Virus record (IMG/VR): IMGVR_UViG_3300012200_000010 | Coordinates: 1-39,949 of that record | Direction: 5' to 3' (one strand) | Source of the DNA: a virus | Taxonomy: Duplodnaviria; Caudoviricetes | DNA: 39,949 nt | In this document: piece after piece, positions 1 through 7,828 of the stretch | Numbering within the stretch: the first letter of the stretch is position 1 | How the letters are laid out: each line of letters opens with the position of its first letter | Program-made: the position numbers and the translations under genes | Notes under the pieces: model-generated | Told to the model about the DNA's origin: nothing | Seen by the model: the letters and a program-made list of their open reading frames with translations, nothing else | Databases searched by the model: none

Positions 1-90
1 ACCACCGTTAGGGCAATGAATATACCACACGCCCGGGCCTTTGGACAAATGAGACGCCCGGGGCTTATCGTCGTGGTAACGCCTATGGAA

Positions 91-139
91 TAGTGTACGC
101 GTCGAGCCCCTTGACAGGGGGGCTCGCCGGGATACACTA
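91..139 (+). repeat. Imperfect inverted repeat, copy 1 (TAGTGT..TCGAGCC..GGCTCG..ACACTA)
   Basis: TAGTGTA 91-97 pairs with TACACTA 133-139; CGAGCCCC 103-110 pairs with GGGGCTCG 119-126; related copy at 679-730. Confidence 0.75.
111..138 (+). promoter_or_regulatory. Putative sigma70-type promoter
   Basis: TTGACA 111-116, 16-nt spacer, TACACT 133-138, upstream of SD AAGGGAG and ATG 164. Confidence 0.55.
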
Positions 140-163
140 CCCCAAGGGAGAAACCACCAAACA

Positions 164-358
164 ATGGGCCTAGCTAATTCGTTCCCAAGCCCGTGCAGAG
201 ACGAAACAAAACGGCTTTTGATTAGAGCCAAGAAAGCATCCAACACCCAGTGCAAATTGCTTGCAAAACTGATGTTAAACCTACTGGAATTTGAGGAGAA
301 ATTCAAAGAAATCAAAAAGAAAGAGGAGGCGCTTAGATCAATATGTTCGCCGTTATAG
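164..358 (+). CDS. Hypothetical protein, coiled-coil-like C-terminus
   Basis: 64-aa ORF with upstream AAGGGAG. Confidence 0.5.
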   Translation: MGLANSFPSPCRDETKRLLIRAKKASNTQCKLLAKLMLNLLEFEEKFKEIKKKEEALRSICSPL

Positions 359-495
359 CACTTGTGTTTCTTTGGGCCGCCTTTGTCGTGGTTCAGGAAT
401 GGCTGTGGCGAGACGAAAAGTCTGTGCTCGACGACTTTCACAAAAGGAAGAATGGACGAATACTCAAGATTGTGGAACCTACAGCAAAAAGGAGA

Positions 496-523
496 TTGAC
501 ATGGAAACCGACTTCTGTATAAT
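496..523 (+). promoter_or_regulatory. Consensus sigma70 promoter
   Basis: TTGACA 496-501, 16 nt, TATAAT 518-523; overlaps the start of the 501..644 ORF. Confidence 0.6.
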
Positions 524-644
524 GTGTGAAGGTAAGCTTGATGACGGCGATGAAAAGAACGCTGGCTTTTGCTATCACTGTCAAATCGTCATGTATCGGG
601 AACTTGTGCAGGAGGCAGAAACCCGCCTGCGCATGGAGGCCTAA
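501..644 (+). CDS. Small zinc-finger protein
   Basis: SD AAGGAG; METDFCIMC...CYHC (two CxxC). Confidence 0.6.
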   Translation: METDFCIMCEGKLDDGDEKNAGFCYHCQIVMYRELVQEAETRLRMEA

Positions 645-678
645 AATGAAAGCGTAGCACTAGTGTAATGCTAGTGGC

Positions 679-730
679 TAGTGTTTCACATCGAGCCTCT
701 GCGTCTACAGAGGCTCGGCGAGACACACTA
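679..730 (+). repeat. Imperfect inverted repeat, copy 2
   Basis: TAGTGT 679-684/ACACTA 725-730; perfect CGAGCCTCTG 692-701/CAGAGGCTCG 708-717; followed by CAAGGAGG. Confidence 0.75.
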
Positions 731-746
731 AATCAAGGAGGTCCTT

Positions 747-917
747 GTGAAGGAAAAAGCACCAGCATACGTTCAAGCTGTTCTTCAGTGCCATCGCTGT
801 GCTCGCAAGTGGGACGCTGTGGATGTAAACGCAAATCTTGAAGTCGTAAAGTGCCCGGTCTGTGGTGCACCGAACGACATTTTGGAAGCTGTCAAAAGAG
901 CAAAGGAGAATCAATGA
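747..917 (+). CDS. Small zinc-ribbon protein (56 aa, below ORF-track cutoff)
   Basis: SD AAGGAGG, GTG start; CHRC...CPVC; stop overlaps ATG 914. Confidence 0.7.
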   Translation: MKEKAPAYVQAVLQCHRCARKWDAVDVNANLEVVKCPVCGAPNDILEAVKRAKENQ

Positions 918-1111
918 GCGAAACGATCGGATACGAAGACGTTAAATGTCAGGTAGGCCTGCCTGGGTGTGAGAAAGTCAACGCAGGGTACCATCGCTAC
1001 AAGCAATTCGCCAAAGTCGGCCCGCCCGTGGACTCCTGCGAATCCTGCGCAAAGAAGTCGTATGAACAGCCTCCGCAATTCAAGGAGGCAAAGGAGGAAG
1101 TGTGCGCATAG
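914..1111 (+). CDS. Small Cys-rich hypothetical protein
   Basis: SD AAGGAG, ATGA coupling; MSETIGYEDVKC...CESC. Confidence 0.65.
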   Translation: MSETIGYEDVKCQVGLPGCEKVNAGYHRYKQFAKVGPPVDSCESCAKKSYEQPPQFKEAKEEVCA

Positions 1112-1464
1112 CTTGGAAGAACGACAGATTCGAAATGGAGGATCAACAGCGTGGCGAAACCTACGATCACAAAGAACTCATCAAGCTGCACGGCTTCAGG
1201 TGGGACGCAGAAAAGAAAGCCTGGTATTGCACAGGAGAGACCCAAAGGTTGTCAGGACTCAGGGGACTGGAAATTAACGTTGCCATTACTCCGGAAGCTA
1301 AAGCAAAGTTTGATGACTATGAAGCCGCGCGGGTAGAAAAATTGAGCATGTCGCGGGCATCCGACTCAAACGTTGAGATTCCAGTCCCCGCAAACTTAAC
1401 GTATTTGCCTTATCAAAAAGCAGGAATCGCATATGCCTTGCGGGCGTTCGGAGATATAGAATAA
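1102..1464 (+). CDS. SNF2/SMARCAL1-like helicase, N-terminal fragment (HARP/DUF5710-like domain + Q motif)
   Basis: SD AGGAGG; KELIKLHGFRWDAEKKAWY domain; ends with Q-motif-like LTYLPYQKAGIAYAL. Confidence 0.8.
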   Translation: MRIAWKNDRFEMEDQQRGETYDHKELIKLHGFRWDAEKKAWYCTGETQRLSGLRGLEINVAITPEAKAKFDDYEAARVEKLSMSRASDSNVEIPVPANLTYLPYQKAGIAYALRAFGDIE

Positions 1465-1465
1465 A

Positions 1466-1849
1466 ATGCCAGTCAAACTAACCTGTGTAATTTGTGGTAC
1501 GGAATTTTGGGTTCGTCCTAGCCGTGTGGCCAAAGGTGCGAAGTATTGCAATTACGAATGCCATCAAATTGGCGAAGGACGCAAAGGCGGCACAGTTCGT
1601 GGAACACAGATGAAAGAGCAAAGCACTGGTAAAGCATACCCAAAGGTCGGCGGACGGCACTTGCATCGGGTAATTGCCGAAAAGAAACTAGGACGCGCGC
1701 TTCTTCCTGGTGAGATCGTGCATCATTCAGACGAAAATAAGTTGAATTTTTCAGAGTCAAATTTAGAGGTTGTAGTCAGCCAAAGCGAGCACATCAAGAT
1801 TCATCTTCCGAGCATGCTCGCAGCCCGAAAGGAAAAACATGGATACTAA
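1466..1849 (+). CDS. Free-standing HNH homing endonuclease with N-terminal zinc finger
   Basis: CVICG..F......KYCNYEC zinc finger; HRVIAE..LGR.L..GEIVHHSDENKLNFSESNL HNH motif. Confidence 0.9.
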   Translation: MPVKLTCVICGTEFWVRPSRVAKGAKYCNYECHQIGEGRKGGTVRGTQMKEQSTGKAYPKVGGRHLHRVIAEKKLGRALLPGEIVHHSDENKLNFSESNLEVVVSQSEHIKIHLPSMLAARKEKHGY

Positions 1850-1907
1850 GGCAAAGGCGAACCATCTTGTCGGCGGTGTTCTTATCGCCGATGAGATGGG
1901 GCTTTAG
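1839..1907 (+). CDS. Helicase middle fragment (22 aa, first half of Walker A)
   Basis: SD-like GAAAGGA; MDTKAKANHLVGGVLIADEMGL then TAG 1905-1907. Confidence 0.7.
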   Translation: MDTKAKANHLVGGVLIADEMGL

Positions 1908-3736
1908 GCAAAACAATTCAAGCGATCGGCGTATTTAACGCTGTACCGTCCGCAAGAACTGCGCTCATCATCTGTCCGGCTTCTCTCAAACTCAACTGGC
2001 AGCGCGAGTGGCAAAAGTGGAACACCAAAGCCTCGACGGTTGCGGTAATCCAGCCAGGGCAAAAGGAATGGCCAACTGCGGAGGTCATCATAATCAACTA
2101 CGACCTTCTCGGCAAATGGCAGGAACAACTGCGAGCCACCGAGTGGGATATCATGGTAGTCGACGAGGCTCACTACCTCAAGGAACCTCGCACCGGACGA
2201 ACCCAAGAAATCTTTGGGCGCAAAAAAGCCACAACAAGAGTACGCACGCGAACCATAACCACTATTGAGCAGCGAGAAGTCACAAAAGAGCCGGAGCGCG
2301 TAGAGGTGCCGTTTGGGCAGGAGGATAGCTTACGGATATCCTCTGTTTACGCGCGCCCTACTCTAGTGCCAGTTGACCGTACGGCGTCAGAAGGAATAAG
2401 CTACGAGGAACCAGAACAATACGGTGAGGTCGTGCTCGAGGACGTCAAGGTTAAAACGAAAGAGAAATACGAAGTAGTTCTTCCACCTCTCGCGCCTCTC
2501 AAAGCCAAGCGGCGTCTGTTCCTCACTGGCACACCGATAGTAAACCGCCCTAAAGAACTCTGGCCTATCGTGCAATCATTGTGTCCGGACTTTGAAAAGA
2601 ACTTCATGGCCTACGCCATGAAATACTGCAACGCCTTCAAGACGCGCTTCGGGTGGGACTTCAACGGCGCAGCGCGATTGCCAGAGCTTCAGGAGCGACT
2701 GCGCGCGACGTGCATGGTGCGCCGTCTGAAGGCCGACGTGCTCAAGGAACTACCACCGAAGCGTCGGCAAGTCATGGTTTTGGAATCAGAAGGGCTCGAG
2801 GCTATCCTCGAAAAGGAAAAGAAAACTTATGAGCAGTATTCCGAGCACCTCAAGGACGGGGACTTTGAAACACCAGCTTTCGCTGAAATGTCCCGCGTGC
2901 GAAAAGAAGTGGCAATCGCTAAGATCCCGTTTATCGTTGAACACGTCAAAGAAGTTTTGGACGAAGAAGACAAGGTCTGCATTTTCGTTCACCACCATGA
3001 AGTGGTTGATGCTCTGCGTGATGCCTTTGGGGATTCCGCTGTTGCTATCGACGGTCGCACTTCAAACGAAGACCGGCAAGCGGCTGTTGACAGATTCCAG
3101 GGCGACGAAACTTGCAAAGTTTTTGTTGGCACTATACGAGCCGCTGGTGTTGGCATCACGCTCACTGCTTCTTCAACTGTCATCTTCGGTGAACTGGATT
3201 GGGTCCCCGGCAACGTCACCCAAGCAGAAGACCGCTGCCACAGAATTGGGCAGCATGACACGGTCTTCGTTCGGCACCTCGTTTTGGAATCATCCCTTGA
3301 CGAGCGTATGGCGCAAATCATTGTCGACAAACAGGAAGTAATTGACAAAGCCTTGGACGCCACCACCGAGGCGCGTGCGCCTGAATTCAGAGTCGCAGAC
3401 ATCATTCAACCGCCGCCTGCAAATCACGTTCCTGGCACTATACCCACACAGACCGTGACGCGAGAGCAACTCGAAAAGATGTACCGCGGCTTTTCTGACG
3501 AACAAGAGCAAGCGGTCCTGGCAGGCCTGCGCATCCTGGCCTCCAAGTGTGACGGTGCCTTGGAAGAGGACGGCTGCGGCTTCAATAAGCGGGACACAGC
3601 TTTCGGAAAGAGTTTGGCACAACAGACCACGTTGTCCGAAAAGCAGTTCAAGTGTGGCCTTAAAATGATCAGGCTGTACCATAGACAGCTTCCTTCGGAT
3701 TTGGTAATCTTAGCAGTAGGAAAGGAAAGCCGATGA
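1907..3736 (+). CDS. SNF2-family helicase, main body (frame open from GKT of Walker A; no own start codon there)
   Basis: GKTIQAI, ICPASLKLNW (Ia), DEAH (II), LTGTP (III), GVGITLT (V), QAEDRCHRIGQ (VI); extra C-terminal CDGA..DG.GFN domain. Confidence 0.9.
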   Translation, partial: GKTIQAIGVFNAVPSARTALIICPASLKLNWQREWQKWNTKASTVAVIQPGQKEWPTAEVIIINYDLLGKWQEQLRATEWDIMVVDEAHYLKEPRTGRTQEIFGRKKATTRVRTRTITTIEQREVTKEPERVEVPFGQEDSLRISSVYARPTLVPVDRTASEGISYEEPEQYGEVVLEDVKVKTKEKYEVVLPPLAPLKAKRRLFLTGTPIVNRPKELWPIVQSLCPDFEKNFMAYAMKYCNAFKTRFGWDFNGAARLPELQERLRATCMVRRLKADVLKELPPKRRQVMVLESEGLEAILEKEKKTYEQYSEHLKDGDFETPAFAEMSRVRKEVAIAKIPFIVEHVKEVLDEEDKVCIFVHHHEVVDALRDAFGDSAVAIDGRTSNEDRQAAVDRFQGDETCKVFVGTIRAAGVGITLTASSTVIFGELDWVPGNVTQAEDRCHRIGQHDTVFVRHLVLESSLDERMAQIIVDKQEVIDKALDATTEARAPEFRVADIIQPPPANHVPGTIPTQTVTREQLEKMYRGFSDEQEQAVLAGLRILASKCDGALEEDGCGFNKRDTAFGKSLAQQTTLSEKQFKCGLKMIRLYHRQLPSDLVILAVGKESR

Positions 3737-3960
3737 AATTTACTATTGAATGCATGGCGTGCGGCGGGCCTATGCGGCGCGTGTGGGCTGCGCACCTAGG
3801 CGAGCGGTACAGGTGTGAGACCTGCAAAGCCGTCGAAGACGTACCAGGCGACCTGCCGTTCGACAGCGACTACATCGACGCGCTCAAGCCCACGTATGAT
3901 ATTTTTGTTTTGACACCGTTCGATAAACAGTTTTTGAGAGATTGTGGTATTTCAATCTAA
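3733..3960 (+). CDS. Small zinc-ribbon protein
   Basis: ATGA overlap; CMAC...CETC. Confidence 0.65.
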   Translation: MKFTIECMACGGPMRRVWAAHLGERYRCETCKAVEDVPGDLPFDSDYIDALKPTYDIFVLTPFDKQFLRDCGISI

Positions 3961-3971
3961 AGGGAGAACAC

Positions 3972-4118
3972 ATGGCGCAAAAGAAGAGCACCATCCCGCA
4001 CCGAGATCGTAAAGATCCTCATGCGCGGGAGCAACAACAGGTACGTCGGCACGAAATTAATACCAAACGCCCGAAGCAGGTTTGGGTCAACGGGCGTTGG
4101 GAAAGGATACCAGCATGA
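3972..4118 (+). CDS. Small basic hypothetical protein (48 aa)
   Basis: SD AGGGAG; stop overlaps ATG 4115. Confidence 0.55.
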   Translation: MAQKKSTIPHRDRKDPHAREQQQVRRHEINTKRPKQVWVNGRWERIPA

Positions 4119-4288
4119 GCATGCAAGTCATCACCGTGACAGACAAGGCCGCGCGCGACAAGATGTTTAATGAGTTGCGTATGGACGGTAACGAGCAAGA
4201 GCAGCAAGCAGTAAAGTTCAGCAGCACAGAGAAGGGCGAAGACGGCGTGTATCGTTCAACGTGGTCTATCGCGTATCCAACGGCTTAG
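4115..4288 (+). CDS. Hypothetical protein
   Basis: ATGA coupling; MSMQVITVTD... Confidence 0.6.
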   Translation: MSMQVITVTDKAARDKMFNELRMDGNEQEQQAVKFSSTEKGEDGVYRSTWSIAYPTA

Positions 4289-4297
4289 GAGGCCAAA

Positions 4298-4540
4298 ATG
4301 AAACAGATGCTATTCGAAGGCTGTAAGGTGTGGCACAAGACGTACGGTATCGGCACTATCGCTCGCGTCGAGCGCAACAGCAAGGACATAGAAGCCATCC
4401 CCAAAAGCGGTTTACGTCACAAAAATTCACTCAACGTCGGTGTGATATTCGATGATGGCGGGCCCCAAGGGTGGGCGGAAGACGGCAGCAACGACATCCT
4501 CGAACTGAAGCGGCTTGATGAAATGAGGAGGGCGGCATGA
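4298..4540 (+). CDS. Hypothetical protein, possibly SH3-like beta barrel
   Basis: SD AGGAGG; G.KVWHKTYGIGTI...VGVIFDDG pattern. Confidence 0.6.
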   Translation: MKQMLFEGCKVWHKTYGIGTIARVERNSKDIEAIPKSGLRHKNSLNVGVIFDDGGPQGWAEDGSNDILELKRLDEMRRAA

Positions 4541-4758
4541 CACTTGAAGAATTGGCAGTTTTGCCTACCGGCACCAAAATCAAGCTTGACATGCGTCCGG
4601 AACCAGGGTTCGACCGCGGCGTAATCACGCACGGAGGGGCCATTGCCTACATCCACTGGCTGGCTACGCAGGGGATGCCGCCTGTTGATCGCATCATTCA
4701 CACCGCTAGCGTGACCTGGGCCGAATACGTGGCCGACATGTCAATCGATAATGATTGA
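4537..4758 (+). CDS. Hypothetical protein
   Basis: SD GGAGG, ATGA overlap. Confidence 0.6.
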   Translation: MTLEELAVLPTGTKIKLDMRPEPGFDRGVITHGGAIAYIHWLATQGMPPVDRIIHTASVTWAEYVADMSIDND

Positions 4759-4783
4759 TTCGTCACAAAGCAACATAAAAAGG

Positions 4784-4830
4784 TTGACTTCCCGTAATGG
4801 TTTGGTACTCTAGTACTGCCATTACGGGAA
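4784..4830 (+). promoter_or_regulatory. Putative promoter overlapped by a perfect 12-bp inverted repeat (operator-like)
   Basis: TTGACT 4784-4789, TGG-TACTCT -10 at 4806-4811; TTCCCGTAATGG 4789-4800 / CCATTACGGGAA 4819-4830. Confidence 0.6.
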
Positions 4831-4887
4831 ACTTCTTCATACCCTCTGTAAATTTTTCCACTACTAAAACTCCCAGTACCCCTTTAA

Positions 4888-4900
4888 AATCAACAGTTTA
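4888..4900 (+). promoter_or_regulatory. IHF consensus site
   Basis: AATCAACAGTTTA matches WATCAANNNNTTR exactly, in an AT-rich intergenic stretch. Confidence 0.5.
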
Positions 4901-4982
4901 GGTTGGTCTCCTGGTTGCACTACTCCCCTGCGTACGGCGCTACCGGGGGAAGCAAAATAGCGGGGCGCCACGGAGACGCAGC

Positions 4983-5120
4983 ATGAAAACTGATCTACGT
5001 ATCCTGAGGACCTCGCTAGACTACCGCGGGATGTTTGTTCAGCCGTCCGAGAGGGCTTTGATCCTCGTGGCGTGGCTGCACCTGTGGGAGGACTTCTCCT
5101 CTCTGCTATGTAGACTGTAA
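4983..5120 (+). CDS. Putative 45-aa peptide
   Basis: GGAG SD at 4972; MKTDLRILRT...ALILVAWLHLW... Confidence 0.35.
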   Translation: MKTDLRILRTSLDYRGMFVQPSERALILVAWLHLWEDFSSLLCRL

Positions 5121-5172
5121 GACGGCAGGGTTCGAGCCGGGAATCTTGAACCAACTTTAAAGGGAAACGAAA

Positions 5173-6060
5173 ATGCCAAGGGGAGTTTACAACAGAAAAA
5201 ACAGAAAGGGAAAGGTTGCTACCGTGCCGGAAGCGCCAACGAACGGCGGCAAAAAGATCGCAGACGATGTTCTGCAGAACGTTGCTACCATCGCCGACAC
5301 GATCAAGCAAGCCCACTCGCGTATCGACGACACCCTCATGGAGATCGGGAAGCACTTTTACGAGATCCGACAACTCTTTGACGGCGTGCCGGCCGACATC
5401 CGACGCCTTCACAGCGTCCCATCGTTCACCATTTGGATGAACAAGACTGCGCCAGAAGTATGCGGCATGACCAGCAGAACGGCGTGGCACTACTACAAGA
5501 ACTATTCCGAAGCGATCGCCGCGGGATTGAAACCTGAGACCATCATCGCGCTGGCTCCTACGGTTCTCAAGAACGAGAAGCCACGCAAGGCGGTATTCGC
5601 CGCCATCAGCCGAAACCCTGTTCTCGCTACCCAATTGAACGAAGCTGCAGCCAAGCATGGCCCTGGGCCAAAGGTTGCGCTCCGCAAGATTGCCGAGAGC
5701 CAGGAAGTCAAAGACCTCTTGAAGAGGATCGAAGCACCTCCTCGGTCTCGAGTAGACCGACTGGAGGCAGCCATCGTCAACGCCTACAAGCCTGTGTTTC
5801 TGGCTGACGTGTTTGACCTTGACGCCGCCAACAAAGCACTGGAAGAGTTCTCCGGTGCCGTCCGAAACGCAGCAGGCAAGCTGCGCTTGGGATCGCACAT
5901 CACCCTGACGTTTACTCCGTTCACCGAGGTCCCGGCGGGAGTCACCCCGGCGGCAACCTACGCTTCCCCGGAAGCCGAACAGAACGCCGAAGCTATCCTG
6001 AAGCAATTGGCCGCGGCGGGATACGAAATGCCGAAGAAGCGAAAGGCTGCGGCGGCTTAG
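5173..6060 (+). CDS. DUF3102-like putative DNA-binding protein
   Basis: EIGKHFYEIR...FTIWM...GMTSRTAWHY pattern; basic termini. Confidence 0.6.
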   Translation: MPRGVYNRKNRKGKVATVPEAPTNGGKKIADDVLQNVATIADTIKQAHSRIDDTLMEIGKHFYEIRQLFDGVPADIRRLHSVPSFTIWMNKTAPEVCGMTSRTAWHYYKNYSEAIAAGLKPETIIALAPTVLKNEKPRKAVFAAISRNPVLATQLNEAAAKHGPGPKVALRKIAESQEVKDLLKRIEAPPRSRVDRLEAAIVNAYKPVFLADVFDLDAANKALEEFSGAVRNAAGKLRLGSHITLTFTPFTEVPAGVTPAATYASPEAEQNAEAILKQLAAAGYEMPKKRKAAAA

Positions 6061-6153
6061 TTTTAAAACGAGATCAGTGGGGCGGCAATGCCTGAAAAAC
6101 GACAAACAAACGAATGCAGGTTACGCCGCCCTGCTGTTTTGGAGGGGTCACCA

Positions 6154-6423
6154 ATGAGTCCGTATGATCCAAGTGAGTGGGACAAGAAGTGGCTTCTTGA
6201 CATCATAGCCTTGGTGGCGGAAAACGGTATAGTTGGTTTTCCGCATTCGGGGTTAATTTATAAGGTCAAGCATTCAACCAAGACTTTCATTCTTCTGAAC
6301 CCCAGGGAACTGACGGAGTCTCTTGAGGCCAGGAAGACGCATCAAGCAACCATAGATACGCTCGCGTCGATCGGGTGGAACGTTACAAAGGATACTTCAA
6401 AAGGAAACGGAGGTGGAGCGTGA
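6154..6423 (+). CDS. Hypothetical protein
   Basis: SD GGAGG before ATG 6154. Confidence 0.6.
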   Translation: MSPYDPSEWDKKWLLDIIALVAENGIVGFPHSGLIYKVKHSTKTFILLNPRELTESLEARKTHQATIDTLASIGWNVTKDTSKGNGGGA

Positions 6424-6502
6424 GCGAGGATCTCATATATTTTGGACTCATCGTCGTGTGCTGCGTATGTCTGGCACTGATTATGCGAAAGGCAAAGCCC
6501 AA

Positions 6503-6664
6503 ATGAATCGCCAGAACCCAAAGCAGTGCGTCATTTGCAGGTCCGACAAAGGCGACATCAAGTTGATCAGGGTTCCAGCCGCCGACCGTCGCCGAGGCTG
6601 GAGGGTCTATGTGCATCAGGCTTGTCTCGACAAACTTAGAGAGGAGGTAAAGGACAAATGTTAA
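6503..6664 (+). CDS. Small zinc-finger protein
   Basis: CVIC...HQAC. Confidence 0.5.
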   Translation: MNRQNPKQCVICRSDKGDIKLIRVPAADRRRGWRVYVHQACLDKLREEVKDKC

Positions 6665-6858
6665 AAAGAATGCTTAGCAACACCTTGGCGGTAGTCGACG
6701 CCTCCATGCTCGGCCGCATCCCTCGAAATATGTGGACGCTGGTCGACCTGTGCTTGCAGCAATGGTTCCCGCCGGCGCTCGGCGACATGCGGTTGGACTA
6801 TTCTAGCTTTACTTACCACGAACGTGTCAGGCTCAGTAGTGCGTTTGTATACGCCTGA
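6658..6858 (+). CDS. Hypothetical protein
   Basis: SD AAGGA; overlaps the previous stop. Confidence 0.45.
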   Translation: MLKRMLSNTLAVVDASMLGRIPRNMWTLVDLCLQQWFPPALGDMRLDYSSFTYHERVRLSSAFVYA

Positions 6859-7056
6859 TTCGACGGGCGGATTGGGTGTGGAAAAAGGTGAAGCGACCCA
6901 CCCTGTGGGGACGTTTACTGGCGCGCCACACCCACCGCCCACCCGATGGGTTGGCTCGAGTTTCAAAAAGCAGTAAAGGAGGGCCCGTGACGTGCGATGA
7001 ACCCCACCCCTTTATTGCGGCTAGGGCTCGAGCCGCCCACCCAAAAGGAGACGGGA

Positions 7057-7266
7057 ATGCAGGACTTCACGGTTTATAGATACTGGAGCATCGTGTGGCT
7101 GCTTTGCGCCAATACCCCCAGGGCCGAACTCTGGATCATAGATAACGTTCTGAAGAAAGGCTTCCAGCCACGTTGGCCCCAGATGACTTTCGTTGGTGAT
7201 GGCAGCGTTAATTTGATTCTCGAGATGATCACTAGGGATGGTTTAACGTGGGAGGCAGGTGAGTGA
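7057..7266 (+). CDS. Hypothetical protein, paralog of 7825..8067
   Basis: SD AAGGAG; DFT...KKGFQPRWP...IL......LTW. Confidence 0.7.
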   Translation: MQDFTVYRYWSIVWLLCANTPRAELWIIDNVLKKGFQPRWPQMTFVGDGSVNLILEMITRDGLTWEAGE

Positions 7267-7619
7267 TGTACATGAAGAAAAAGATTACGCCGGAAGATAT
7301 AGACATCATGCGCGTTCAGTTGTCTGTTCGCGCCGTCAAACTCTCCGAGGAGCCGCGTTGTGATTTTTGCGGCAGCGAGCAGCCAGAATGGCTCTACGCC
7401 GCGACTAGGATGTCCACTGGCGCGTGGGTTGCTAACTGGAGGTGGTGCGCCTGCGCGGACTGCTCTTCCGAGATAGACAAACACAACTTTGACGCCATCA
7501 GGGTTAAAATCGTCAAGTGGCTCAAAAGCATTTTGACGAACACCCCAGAAGAGTTCGCCAGACGTGCAGCGGAGGAAGCGTTGGATGAGTTCATCGTATT
7601 CGCCAGGGAGGCAAAATGA
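7263..7619 (+). CDS. Zinc-finger protein
   Basis: CDFC...WCACADC. Confidence 0.65.
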   Translation: MMYMKKKITPEDIDIMRVQLSVRAVKLSEEPRCDFCGSEQPEWLYAATRMSTGAWVANWRWCACADCSSEIDKHNFDAIRVKIVKWLKSILTNTPEEFARRAAEEALDEFIVFAREAK

Positions 7620-7828
7620 AGTGGCTTTTTGATGTGTTTCAGTTGTTGATGATCCTGGCGTTCGTTACTGCCGCGGCTGTGAACAAGTTTGACTACTCGC
7701 AGTTCTTCGGCATGTTGTATTGCGTCACGATGCTCGCCGAAATCAAATACGGCGAACGCCGCAGGAAGATGATCAAGCTTAAGGATGGAACGTACGGCTA
7801 CGGCCGTGCAGGGGAGCCAAAGCCGTGA
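7616..7828 (+). CDS. Small membrane protein
   Basis: Two hydrophobic segments, basic tail. Confidence 0.55.
   Translation: MKWLFDVFQLLMILAFVTAAAVNKFDYSQFFGMLYCVTMLAEIKYGERRRKMIKLKDGTYGYGRAGEPKP

Noticed and set aside
1440-1900. Group I intron around the HNH gene
   Set aside because: The HNH ORF fills the gap and only weak R/S-like words were seen; no P3/P7 core could be built.
1905-1907. Amber stop reassignment (alternative genetic code)
   Set aside because: Read-through would not restore the frame, and TAG ends other genes normally (e.g. 6060, 26583).
2225-2490. Intein in the helicase
   Set aside because: No Cys/Ser block A, TxxH or His-Asn motifs.
5105-5150. tRNA suggested by GGTTCGAGCC and CTGTAA
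   Set aside because: No acceptor, D or anticodon stems can be formed.
4864-6105. 413-aa minus-strand ORF and other long antisense ORFs (13170..14099, 35494..36129)
   Set aside because: Shadows of GC-rich sense genes, with no motifs or SD.
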